Shown here one piece after another: positions 36,381-49,594 of a stretch of 64,000 nucleotides of DNA. The notes beneath the pieces were generated by a model. The model was not told the origin of the DNA. It ran no database searches and saw nothing but the letters and a program-made list of their open reading frames with translations. Within the stretch, counting starts at the first letter, position 1. Each line of letters begins with the position of its first letter. A program made the translations under genes and the position numbers. The stretch comes from Antedon mediterranea. Taxonomy: Eukaryota > Animalia > Echinodermata. The stretch covers positions 17,332,912 to 17,396,911 of the forward strand of contig NC_092675.1 in the NCBI RefSeq assembly GCF_964355755.1, in the 5' to 3' direction.

Positions 36381-39300
36381 AATATCTAAAAAAATAATGC
36401 ATGAACTACAGGAAAACGCTATACAAAATAGACGCGCGCGACATCAGCGTGCGAATTCTTTGACACAAAAATGGCTTCTAATTTTCAATGTCGTAACTCT
36501 TTAGGCTCTGGCTAGTGTATATAATATATGGCTCTGGCTAGTGCAACCAAAAATGCGTTGATAACCACTATAGATTTGTGTTTCTATCAAATTATGTTTC
36601 TTAGCTTGATTTTGTTTAACTTAAACTGTAGTTAAATAATAAATAGATTACTAAAAACAAATATTTAGTGATCTTTTGAAATTTTAGTTTGTCTTTATTG
36701 AAAATTATTAAGTTTTAAAATTACTACTTCAATAAGCCTATTCCAAACCATTGGTGAACTAGGGGGAGTCACTCCAGGGAGAGGCGCGGCAGGTTGAACG
36801 CATTTTTTGGTTGGCTAGCAACCATGCATGCTACCGTCCACGCAGCGTCACCTACCGTCATGACGTCAACAACGCAGAACTCTTAAACCTGACTGGTGCA
36901 TTGTCTCTCAAAAAATAGGAAATTTTTTTATTTAATCACAAGTAAAAGACAAATAAACTTCCGGTTGAATTTTTTTTTTTGGCTTAACTTACATTTAATC
37001 TCAGGTAAAAAAGTATTTTTGATAAAATTCCGATTTACAAATGATGTCACAGGCTGATTCCGGTATCAATTCCTTTATTCTCCCGGCGGTAGCATCATTG
37101 TCAATTCCCACAACATTCTAGTACAGGCTTAATTTAATATTAATTATCAGTTTCCTAAACGTCTAAAAGTTATGCAATGGAAAAACATGACAAATAACAG
37201 ATAAATTAAGTTAGATATCATAGTCATCATTCAAAACATAATTTTAGAATTTAGAATTTAATTTTAGAATTCCGACTAGTTTAAAATACATTTTTACCAA
37301 TTACACCTGTCGATCACGTACGAAAATAAAACACAAGACTATGCTATATATATGCTCTATGACATGTCAACGGATACTACCCAAGGTGTTAATAATTTTC
37401 GATGTAATGTGAATAAGCTGTCAATCAACATTTTAAAATAACATAACGTTATTACGTTAAAACAAAGGATGTAAGCAAGATATGAACATTAATAAGCACA
37501 TGAAAGATGAGCAACAATAAACGATAAATCAATAATCAATACAAATAATATATAATACTAAATACATATTCCTTCGTTTATAGTAGGCACTGCACTTTTG
37601 TTTCCGAACCCACACCTTATAATCCTTTCCATTGGTAAAAAACATAATAATGCTATTATAGCGTATATAAAGAAAAATAAATGATAATAACACTATCGTT
37701 TCCATTCTTTTTTTATTAGCGCCACCATCATCATCGTGCATATATATCTACTCATGTAAGCTTCTTTTTTTTTTAATAAGGCGCAAATATTACCGTATAT
37801 AAATATCTAGCACTCTACAACATTATATCGGACGTTCGTGAAATTAATACTAGTTGAAATAGCCTTATTTTTCAAATTCAGGGTTGAAAATTTGTTGATT
37901 GGGAAGCTTTCGCTTTTAAATCAGATCAGAATACAGGAATTACCCCGAAACCAGCTGATATAGAAATTGATTAATATATTTTGTAAAAACAACAGTGATT
38001 TTGCAATTTTGTTAATATAACAGCGTTAATGACGATTTAATTTCTGTTTGATTAAATGTTTTGACGAGAGAAAGTACAATTTACCCCTGATCTTAGACCA
38101 CCGTCTGTTAACCTAAATTCCTGCAACCAAGGTCAAAATTACGAGAAGAATTATGTAGGCTAGACGATGGGCCTTCAATAGTGTTAATTCATTCATCCAA
38201 TATAACTACTGTAATACGCAAGCCGACTAATGCCCGTTATCAGCTACCATGAGAGACCTGTCACTAGTGCACTTTGCCGATGAAGAAACATGGAAATTAA
38301 ATCAAATATTTCTACAGGGGGTGAAAGCTATAGTTTATTTCCGACTTACCCCTGAAGTGTTCAAGCGAACCAATACGTTTCCTGACATGTAGAAAGGTCG
38401 TCGAGGTTAGCTGTATCTGGCAAAAAATACGTCAAAATAATAGTGTTAATTTGGAAGTAATTAATGGAATCTTATTTAGCAGCTTGGTTTTCCGTGCGAA
38501 CTGAGAGTGAAACAAAAAAGACGTATGTCCAACCATGTATAGGAAACCCTTGTAATTTATTCCTTCAGTCAGTTTAAAATGATTGTTTCAGGACACTATG
38601 ATTTTCTTTAGTTTTATTTCGGGAAATAGGTCTATATCCTCTTTTAGCTCCATTGATTTTTTATATCACAAAATGTCATTTGTTAAGACTGTTGATTGAT
38701 GCGCCTCTAGGTGCCGACTATCGAAAAGAATAACGATACGGACAACTTTTATTTAATTAACTCGCCTGAGGAACTTCGAATCTCATATGAAAACTGCATC
38801 GTATGTTCTAGGATCCCGTCTAGGATATACACTTAAAGGTCAAATGTAAATTAAAGTTTGGCCGGTTGGAAGGGACGCTTACCAAGACACAGGAGACGGA
38901 TACACTTTGTGCAAAAGGCAAATAGCTGATTCTAACATTATGTGAAACTTATAGCACTACTGTAGTATAAACCGTAGGCCTATTTGATTAATACAACTAA
39001 AAGATTACTTCCTTTGTACACGCGTCTGAAATCGTAATGAGGTAGATTTGTCTATTATGTCATAAATCTATTCACCCGCAAAAATAAATTTTATTGCAAT
39101 GTAGGCCTACACTGTCATCATCCATTAACTAATTTTTTGTTTAAATATTGTTATTAGGCGCATAAGAAGTCTAGACTATCAAACTAGTTTGACAAAAAAG
39201 AGTCTGATGTGCCTAAATATTGACATCCATCGCGTACATGGGCACATCACATTTCAATACAGAGGGCGATATCATATAGTTCTTTGCTTTGTTCTGAGCT

Positions 39301-40318
39301 TCTTTCCTCGGTGCCTATCACTCTATATTCCAAACTTAATATTAGCCTTAATGCACTATTCGCAATGGGGTAAATGAACTAATTTTGTTTCAATAAGATG
39401 CAAAACATATTGCTTATTTTGGTTGTATACGGCAAGCGTTTTAAGAATCTTTATAAAGCGTAGTGAATTAACATTATTATATTAAAAACATTTTAAAATA
39501 CATACAATCGTCATTTAATTTTGATCATTCTGAAACTATAAAACTGCAGTAGGCCTAACCTATTTAAACCGGACGAAATAAATTATGTATATAGTTAGAT
39601 AAAGAAAACAAAATTAATCGTATGCATTTATTACGAAAGATAACGGCGAGGAGGCAATATCCCATTGGCGTTTTAAATCTTATTAGCAGCTAAGAATTCT
39701 AAAACGTTAGAAAAAGCGCTAATAGAATTACCGCCTGCGACACTCTTTAGTAACTCCATTGATATTTTGAGTCTTAATGGTAGGAAAATAAAGGTGGAAG
39801 CCCTTATAGATATTGTTTAGTCAATTTTCAGTTAGTTATAGTTCAAGTTATGTCAATAGTAATTAGCTTCATAGTTAAAGCAAAAAAAATAATTATAAAA
39901 GGTCTAGGCCAACCTCTAAAAAATGGTATATATGAGTGGGTGTACTTTTGAAGTACACTTTTACTGTATTCAACATTTTATATGTTTAATATGCTCTATA
40001 AATATTGAATTTGACAGTAAAACCCCTATTCAGGAGAAACCGTATTAATGTTATACTTTTTCATGGTCCCGTAGTGGTCCCATGGGTTCTACCATAGGAT
40101 TCACTTTTCACTAAACATTTTTGCTCTTTTGTGGTGTGCTTTTATTTGTTCATCATATTAAAAATACATATTAACTAGATGTTTCGTTAAAACATTTGAC
40201 TCTCTTTTTTCATTCTTTTCTTGAATTTAGGATACTCACAAATAATAAATAAATAGTAAAAATGCATATAATAGTGTTTAGTAGTTTAGTATTGGTAGTG
40301 TCGATTTGATCTCTTAAC

Positions 40319-41200
40319 TATGGAACGCCGTTTACGCAACATTTTGATGATATGAATTTTATGACGCGATATGTGAATGAAATGCATCGATATGAATTGA
40401 ATGGCGCGAGATATGAATGAAATGTTTTGAATTGAATGCTTTGAATTGAATGTTTTGAATGAAATGTTTTGAATGAAATGTTTTGAATTGAATGTTTTGA
40501 ATTGAATGTTTTGAATGAAATGTTTTGAACGAAATGTTTTGAATGAAATGTTTTGAATGAAATGTTTTGAATGAAATGTTTTGAATGAAATGTTTTGAAT
40601 GAAATGTTTGAATTGAATTGAAAAGTCAAACTATTGGCGGCGTATGTCATTCCCGCTCGCGATTTTGTTTTAACCTCTTAGGCCTAAGCCTGGGTACCCT
40701 CATCTCCTTTCCACGCTGTCATCAATATGGATCCTTTACAGAGAATCCTAACAGACCTGAAACATTGGAATACATATTTCCGAACCCAGGTCTGTTAGGA
40801 TTCTCTGTAAAGGCAGCGTGGAAAGGAGATGAGGGTACCCACGCTTAGGCCTAAGAGGTTGAGAAAAAAATCGCGAGCGGGAATGACATACGCCACCAAT
40901 AGTTTGACTTTTCAATTCAATTCAAACATTTCATTCAAAACATTTCATTTAAAACATTTAATTCAAAACATTTCATTCAAAACATTTCATTCAAAACATT
41001 GCATTCAAAACAATTTATTCAAAACATTTCATTCAAAACATTTCATTCAAAACATTTCATTCAAAACATTCAATTCAAAGCATTCAATTCAAAACATTTC
41101 ATTCATATATTGCACCATTCAATTCATATCGATGCATTTCATTCACATATCGCGTCATAAAATTCATATCATTGAAATGTTGCGTAAACGGCGTTCCATA
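40319..41200. mobile_element. Foldback (almost fully palindromic) non-autonomous element, IS3EU-like
   Basis: TATGG...CCATA termini and 6-bp TSD CTTAAC (40313-40318, 41201-41206). Arms of ~430 bp each hold ~14 copies of the 14-mer tgaaatgttttgaa. Centre near 40770. Confidence 0.85.
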
Positions 41201-41791
41201 CTTAACATGTTATAGGCCTATATATATAAATGGCTATATAAACAAGAAATATTTCTTACAAAAAACGCCGCGTAACTTTTTGACTGGGCAGTTGTAAGAA
41301 CAGTCTTCATTAATCTAATATAATAGGTCGGCCAATCAAAACGCAAGTGAACAATTGGGACTTTACTTGTGATTTATGTCATTGGCCTGTCAGCACAGTC
41401 GTTTCTTTCTAGAATTAAACGCACAAACTTGTATTGGGAATAATGTATGTGGTTATTACTATCGCATTTAGGTATTGATAATAATAATAATATGGCTTTT
41501 GAATATATAATTACTGTCTGTAGAATAACATTTATACATTTTCGGTTCGCGATCAAAAGTTATATGAATGGATTTGTAATAGGTATTTATAATAATAGTA
41601 TATGGGTTGTATTATTGCTAAGCTATCACCAAATCGCGTTATAACATTATTTCTCAGGGTTTTGTGCACCATTGATCAATACCAAACGCGTATCGGTATT
41701 ATAGTTTTTAATGAATCATTACATTAATAAAAATACCCAATTAAATCAATCGCGTCAGTCCAATTCCGACTTATGTTTCGATCACATAATT

Positions 41792-41943
41792 GTTCTGTGT
41801 CTACACTGTCCCAACTAGTTTAACAAAAAAAGTGTGATCTGCCCAAATATGGTAGTGATATGCCCGAATATCGTAGTGATATGACATCGTCATGTCTATA
41901 TAATATGGGCACGTCATATTTAGTTTGATAGTATAGACAAAGC
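41792..41943. mobile_element. MITE family A copy
   Basis: tgtctacactgtc...agtttgatagtatagacaaagc-ttaa, with reversed atatggtagtgat repeats. Confidence 0.7.
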
Positions 41944-41971
41944 TTAAGGATTATATTTAAAAAATGTTTTC

Positions 41972-42990
41972 TTACATTTTGAACGGAAGTATTTATTTGT
42001 TTATAAGCCCAATTTTCCAGTCTTAATTTTACATTTTGAAAAAAAGTATTTATTTGTTTATAAGCCAAATTTTCCAGTCCTAATTTTACATTTTGAAAAA
42101 AAGTATTTTATTTGTTGATAAAGCCCAATTGTGCAGTCTTATTTTACATTTTGAACGAAAGTATTTATTTGTTGATAAGCCCAATTTTGCATTCTTATTT
42201 TACATTTTAAATGAAAGTATTTATTTGTTGATAAGCCGAATTTTCCAGTTTAATAATAATGACCCCTTCCACAGTGCTTATACCATATACATTTTACATG
42301 ATATTGACCGTGGGTTCTTTACGCCTCTGATGCATTTGTTTTTATTGTACCTTTTTAATAAATTATTATATGTTTAGGCCTAATCACACCCAATTTAATG
42401 AAACGGTCAGATTCCGATTTCAATTGAACGAAAGTAGTACTGTATTTATTATTCATTGATAAGCCAAGGGTCCCATGGCGTTAGCTGATATCTTGAGCAT
42501 TTGACTCTTGTGTGAACCTGTAACACAAATCATTCTTCAAAATCTAAAGAAAGAACCTCACACGTCTTTTTTGTGAGTGATACACTATGGATATGCCCAC
42601 GGAAATAATATGTGGACATTGCAAATAATCATAGGCCTACAGTAACAAACATAGAATGGCTAATAAGCATAACATTCAGACTTGCTTGTTTTCTAGTGGA
42701 TTTTTATTTACTTTAGCATGTAGAATAAAACTAGTAACAGTGGCTATATTAATAATTATACTGATTATCCTTGATGTTATCGCGTCTAATAATAAAATAT
42801 TTTGTTGTTGATAAGCCCAATTTTTCAGCCTTGATTTTACATTTTGAACGAAAGTATTTATTTGTTGATAAGCCCAATTTTGCAGTCTTAATAATGACCC
42901 TTCCACAGTGCATTTTACATGATATTGACCGAGGGTTTTTACGCCTCTATAGCCACTGATCAATACCATAATTAATGTACTTTTTTAAAT
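41972..42990 (+). repeat. ~57-bp minisatellite in two blocks
   Basis: ttacattttgaacgaaagtatttatttgttgataagcccaattttccagtc occurs about 5 times at 41972-42250 and about twice at 42795-42890. Both blocks are followed by the same aataatgaccccttccacagtgc... tail. Confidence 0.85.
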
Positions 42991-45441
42991 GAATATTGAA
43001 ATGTTTCAACATACCCAATTCAAAAAAACGGTCCGTTTTCGAGTTCAATCTTTTGATTAGAGAGGTTGGAGTTTCATTTTGAATTATAACATTGGCCTAG
43101 ATTGACAGTCATAAAAAAGAAAGTCATTGTAAATACTTCCCTTTATGTTGACAGAGCCAAAATAAAGTTTTGACCATTATCGAATGATTATTTGAATGTG
43201 ACTTATTATAATACCGGCCTGGTTGACAGCAAAAACGAAGTTATTATTTATTAAACAAGATTTTACAGATTTCCGTCTACATCTCAATAATACTGTATTA
43301 TCAGCAAAGGCTTTCATATAGACTCTCTTCTCCCAGACGTTTTTTGGGTCCAGCAGCTACCTATAAATTATAGTCGAGTTTCCAAATTCACAAAACTGTC
43401 AGCCTTAGATACTAAAGCTACCGCTATGAAACAGCTTATTAATGAATGTGTCCTCCTGGGACATAGCTGGCTAGAGCCGCGGCGCGAAAAATCTCATTAC
43501 GTTTAGACATCATAACTTATTTAATCAATCATATGTAATCATATGGGATTTCGTTTTTACTGGCAATAACGTCAATGCCAGAAACATCTGCTGTTGAACT
43601 TGAAACAGTTAACGTATTTTCCAAATATGACACTCACATTATTTCACACGGTTATTAATTCAAAATTCATTTAGCGTCCGGTTTGCGAATAGTTATTTCC
43701 TTCAGTAAGATTTCTCTTTGGTAGTTAGCCAACGTTAAGTCAACTCTTATTATCATTTTTCTTTTATGCCCAAAAAAACAATATGAGTAAAGCGCCACCA
43801 AGTTAGTTAGAAATTAAACAAAATTGCAGTAGGCCTACGATATATTATTTTATTAATGGGCCTTAATTTCCTGAATGAATATAGAATGAGATTCAAATAT
43901 ACCAGTTAGCACGATCGCCATAAAAGCCTGTTATCTTCTATAGTAATTTAAGAGTAAATGTTCATTTAAAATTGTAACCAATAGTTGCATAGATGTGTTT
44001 TAATAACAATTAAGTTAGTTAATAAAACTATATAGGTATAAAATTATATCCAAGTTATATCAGTAATTATCCGGTTGTAATATATTAATCAATTTTCATG
44101 CATTGGAGATTATATTAGGCCCACGTCCTCTTACACAAGAAAAACATATTTTAGTATATTGAATTACGGTTTGTTTTTTATTTGAAATTACTGTAATTGA
44201 AAGATTAAAGGGGAAAAAACACTATATAGTGTACAATATATTTAATAATAGGTCATATTCGATGTATGATTTAAAACAATTTATTTCGGTAATTATTTTT
44301 CATATTTCAAACAATACGAACTTGGTTACTTGATTTAGTGTCAGTCGATCATAAACAGCAGTACGGTATGAGAGAACGTATATAGTCTTCAGTCGACATA
44401 ATAAAGTTATATTTTTGTCGCAGCGTAGAGTTGAATTATGCAAAAAATTTGCTCAAAAATTCTTCAATGAAACTGCGTAAAAGTAAAACTTTTGAAATAC
44501 CCTTTATGACAACTGAACGTTTAAAAAAAATAGCCCTATTTTGAAATGATGAAATTGATCGAGTAGGCCTAATATTGACATCTTAGAAATCTGTGTAATT
44601 ATTTTTAAAACATTTGAGTTGTAGCGTTTGCTCTTTTTTTTTATTGTGTCTGTTTTTTTATATTCATATGTCCAATTTGCCTATTAACTAAATCATTGTT
44701 GTACAAATACTGCTGCAGTGTATATTTTTTTGCATAATTGAATGAATAAAGATACCGAATATATATTGCTAAGTACTGCCGGTCCGAATCGTTGACCGTT
44801 AGTTCAATTTCAAGACCATATCGGTATTCAAACTTTGACGCGTGTCAATTAAGTGTAATCGTTCCAAATAATTTCCGAAGAAAATTCTATCGCTGTGAAT
44901 CTACACTATCGGTCGGAACTGTTTGGAATTAAACAATTATGAATAATGTGAGCAAATGGATCACGTTTCCTTTTCCAAGATTAGGTTAAGTGGAATAAAT
45001 ACATTAGTATTACATTAAAAATGTATTGCCCTAAAAACATTAAAGATGAATAAAACAAACTGAATAGGTCATTTTGTAGTTTTACTATAGCCACTTTTTT
45101 GAACATGAACAATCAACAAAATAATAATTTCGTTTTAATATATAAACAAGACAAAACAGATGAATTTAACCACAGACTTGACTTGACCATACAATTGGTT
45201 CTTTACTATTGTTTTGATTCAATTGTTGATCAAAGTAAACAAAAAAACAAATATCATCAACATGCAATTTCAGAGAAAAATTATATATCTTTAAAAAATA
45301 ATTAGGGTGTTTAAAGGAATCATCATTAAGTTCCCAATTTGATGATTCTTATTTTATAATTCTAAAATATTTTGTAGTCTATTTCTGAAAATAGTCTTGA
45401 TTGGAAGCCTAAAAGGTTGATTAAATTGGGGACAAACTTAA

Positions 45442-45579
45442 GCTCTGTCTACACTATCAAACTAGTCGGACTTTAAAAGTATGGTGGTGATATGCCCAAA
45501 TATGGTAGTGATATTTCATCATCATGTTAATAGGCACATCACATTTTTGTCACATAAAGTTTGGTAGTGTAGACAGAGC
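45442..45579. mobile_element. MITE family A copy with both ends intact
   Basis: TTAA|gctctgtctacactatcaaact...agtttggtagtgtagacagagc|TTAA. Confidence 0.85.
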
Positions 45580-47610
45580 TTAACACGGAATACATGAATG
45601 TAGAACAAAAGTGTATTTATGATAGGAAGGTCAGAAAGAAATCTGTCTCTCTGTGAAAGTAAGTATGTTTTAGGTGGAACAAACAATAAATAGGAAACAT
45701 TTTTAAATGAAAATCAAATTGAATTTACCTTGAAGATTAGAAATTGAGAACTACGGGTACTCATTTTGTTCCTTCGACGTCATAGCTGACAACTACAGGC
45801 GAAACTTAAGGTGGTGGTGGTGGTGGTCAAATCATGTTTTAGCTATTCCAAGATGCTGTGTTTAATAATTTAATGAATAAGTTAAAAGGAATCGGATTGA
45901 ACTACAAGATGTAGGTATAGCCTACCGGTCCTCTAAATATTTATTTTATCAATATCTTTATTGATTAAACACACCATAGTCAAACATTTTAGCAGATAAA
46001 TTAATTTGATATGGTAACAACATAAAACCTTATCCAGAGAAACTGTCTCTAGAGAACTAAGCTCATGAGAATACTGTCATGGGGAACTATTTTCTGTGAG
46101 AGAGAGGTACTACAGGTGCAAAACCACTGGTTTCCGTTGACCATGTGAACGTGCGTGACATCCACCAGACCCACACTGAATTGAACTGGTGTTGAGAACA
46201 TCACCCGTCCTCATAGACCGGATCAATTCTATTTTTATCATTTTTTTTAAATTTTTCTGTAACAAGTGTTGAATCATTACAATCAATTAAACTTTCAATT
46301 TTCTTGTACAGTACATCCTTAATTTAACACTCAAAGATGACATATCAAGACTTCATGCTTGTTTTTTTATTGTTATTGTCTCCTAATTTTATGTTTCTTT
46401 TTAGGGGTATATAATGCTTATTAAAATCGTTTATTTTGCAGAGTAGGCCTATTTAAGTATTTAACTTTTTACAAATAAAGGTTAGGCCTAAACATAGGCT
46501 TATTGATGATCTCGATATTTCTGTGAACCTCCTTTTTAAAATAAGATCAAGTTTCTTAGTTGTTATCTTAATATAGGCCTGTTGTGGCTTTAAAGAAATA
46601 CATAAAGTAATAAGAAAGAGTTCAAATCTAGTTTAATTTGCAGCAATTTCAATAAGTTTTTAACATTAATATATCTTTGTGTCGTTCAACAAAGAACACC
46701 ATTAATTGAATGAAAAGCTCAAAAGGTGAGTGGTTAACACATTTCTAATCAAATCATGATTAGGGATCATTCAAAGGTGACAAAAGAATAAATGTCATAA
46801 ATTAAAGGTGGATGGCTAAATGACACCACAGTAGGAAATGAACAATTGAAGCGTCCGTTAATACAAAAGTCCAGGTCAATGATATGCATTGTCGCAGATC
46901 TGAGATTCTAAATTAAACAAGTAGACGAAGAAATAAAAGCACACATTGGAAACAAAAGCTTAATGGGGTGGGGCAGTGGACAGGAATGAACTACAACATA
47001 AGCTAAAATCGACAAGTGACCTTTTACAATCATGATAATGGAGAGTGGGTTACCAAGCAAATTAACAGTTTTTTAATAAGAAAATTGACAAAATAAATAT
47101 TTGTATTTGCCTTCATTTTAATGTAGGTCGGCGCCACTATATTATATTGTGTTAAATTTACTAATTTATATTATAATAAAAATACATAGCGTATACATAA
47201 TTAATTAATTTGGCGAACGTGTGTTGTGACCATGGTGTTATTACAACCAATGTTGTGACTCATGATGTAGTACCTCAACTTTATTAGATCATTGAGTTTA
47301 CATAATATTGTTAATGAATCTCTCAATATAGACTGAGCGAGCGGGATGTGATGAGATGTTGATAAAAATAGACTGCTTTATAAGGAGATACGACGTATCA
47401 TCTACATACTCAGTCGTGTTCTTAAGCGCATGGCTTACACTTCCGCTTCTTTATTTTTGAAATTAAATTTATTTAAAGTAAAAAACACGTTTATGAACGA
47501 CCTCATTATTGAAACAAATAAGCCTATTTGTTATACCTGTATTTATATATATATGTATTTATCATAAATCCAAAGGCAAATTACTGAAAAAAAATGACAA
47601 TGCTGTCGAT

Positions 47611-47654
<44 letters not shown>

Positions 47655-48430
47655 GTATATTATTATATATAGTATATATTTTACAGTACAGTATATATAT
47701 ATATTTATATTTTCTTTACATGCTTTTTTATTTCATTATCGGCTATGTTGCGTCGTTTGCACATGTATCTTTTTTATATACTTTATTAATTTCATAGGCC
47801 TAAATGATCTTTAAACATAGCACTATATAATATTGTAATTCAGACGAGGAAGGAAGATGGCTTCAATAAATTGACATTTTTCCAGTAAACCCGGATACCT
47901 CTGGGTGGTGAACCAAGATCATATATCAGGAAATTCCCCGGAGGATCGAATGTGCGGGTGTGACGAGATAAGTCGGAACGGATTGTGAAAAAACTATATA
48001 TAGGCTGCTGGAATGTAAAGTAAAAATAAATTATTGTTTATTATAATTATTTATTATTTGGTGGTTCCGGAAAATAGCTAGGCCTATACTGTATTATATT
48101 TTCTTACCATTCGCATTTACTGTAAATAAAATTTATTTAGTTTTTTTAATTTTTTATGAAACTGAAAATATCTATAGCTTAGAAACTGACAAGGCTACAG
48201 GTATATTATAGAAATGGGCTTATGCCGTCATTACAATGATTGACCGTTTGCTTCTCTACAAAAATAAATTATCGTTGTTTTTAGGACGATTTTAATTACC
48301 AGTAGAGCATGGTTACATAACTATGGATGTAGGAACCATTCCCTACACAAAATGTAGGCTTTCCTTATTCAAAGTGAGTGAATGCCTAACTTTTCTGCTG
48401 CAAGTTATTAGAGAGGAACATGTGGACAAT

Positions 48431-48531
<101 letters not shown>

Positions 48532-48814
48532 TATTTGTAGTAAATATCAGGAAAGAAATAGGTGCTGCATAGGCAGGATCATGTATAAAATAAAACAAAT
48601 TAAAGTTCTTGTTTCTGCCTCAAAATAAAATATTTATTGTACTACAGTAGTACTTTCCACCATAGGTCATCATCAGGTAATTGGTAAAAGACGAGAGAAA
48701 GGGTAGCCTACACTAGAAAACAAAGGAGTCTATTATGGGCGTAAATGAACAAGGAAATAACAAATTGACAAAAGCATTGACAAACAAAAGATATTACATA
48801 ATAATAACTCATGT

Positions 48815-49145
48815 CAATCAGAGACAAGATAGTAATCAATTCCTAAATGATTTAAATGATACATTAAGTCCATTGGGTTTGAGAGTTCCAAGTTAAAAAC
48901 GTATACGGTCTTAATAGTCTACACGGTCACGTTTTTCGGAGAGGAGTTGCATTGTTTTATGCCAGTAACCTTGGTTTTATCATGAAAATGTTCTGCCACA
49001 GAACCGGGTGTATTAAGATGAATGGAACGTAAATGTTCTCATCCGAACGTGACCGTAGACGTCAGAAGAACGTATAATTTTTCAACTTGGAACTGTGAAA
49101 CCCAATAAATCATTCAGGAATTGAGTACTATCTTGTCTCTGATTG
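48815..49145. mobile_element. Old MITE with ~110-bp imperfect inverted arms
   Basis: caatcagagacaagatagta...gttccaagtt...cggtcacgtt is mirrored by aacgtgaccg...aacttggaac...tactatcttgtctctgattg. Confidence 0.7.
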
Positions 49146-49521
49146 TAGTCTAGGCTTAGTATAGTAATTGTACTCACTGTACAACATGACCCTCTTAGAG
49201 TTAGCCTACTACTACTAGCCTAGGGCCTACTAGTAGTACTAGTACTGGCATATCTGTCTAGTACTAATTACTACTAGGCTGCGCCTACTAGCTACTAGCC
49301 TGGTAGCCAACTAGGCTAGGCGTACTCGACTCGTCTACAAACATTGAGTAGGCCTGCGCTGCCTCCTACGTACTAACTAGTGTCGTAGGACATTATATTT
49401 TTATAGGCCTAACTCAGAGAAAACATTTTTAAACATCGGCGCGTTTCTTTTGGCGCTATATAGTCGTAAATAATGAACTGCAACAATGGTATCGAATACA
49501 TTTCCAATCTACACCACGCGA

Positions 49522-49594
49522 GCCCGGTTAGCTCAGTCGGTAGAGCATCAGACTTTTAATCTGAGGGTCAAGGGTTCAAGTCCCTTATCGGGCG
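49522..49594 (+). tRNA. tRNA-Lys-TTT: tRNA-Lys (anticodon UUU)
   Basis: 73-nt canonical cloverleaf GCCCGGTTAGCTCAGTCGGTAGAGCATCAGACTTTTAATCTGAGGGTCAAGGGTTCAAGTCCCTTATCGGGCG. T6 Pol III terminator at 49601-49606. Confidence 0.97.

Larger units (their letters stand above)
34398..36536. mobile_element. Tandem array of a non-autonomous TIR element (cagagccata... termini) separated by one 8-bp target sequence
   Basis: gctagtgt at 34390-34397, 36058-36065 and 36511-36518, and gctagtgc at 36537-36544. Copy 2 (36066-36510) has TIRs cagagcc...aaagagttacgacattg / caatgtcgtaactcttt..ggctctg. Confidence 0.7.

Noticed and set aside
40318-41215. ORFs with ISFKTFHSKH repeats
   Set aside because: Translation of the 14-bp minisatellite in both arms of the foldback element.
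41972-42990. ORFs of 82-97 aa over the 57-bp repeat
   Set aside because: Minisatellite translations with no coding signature.
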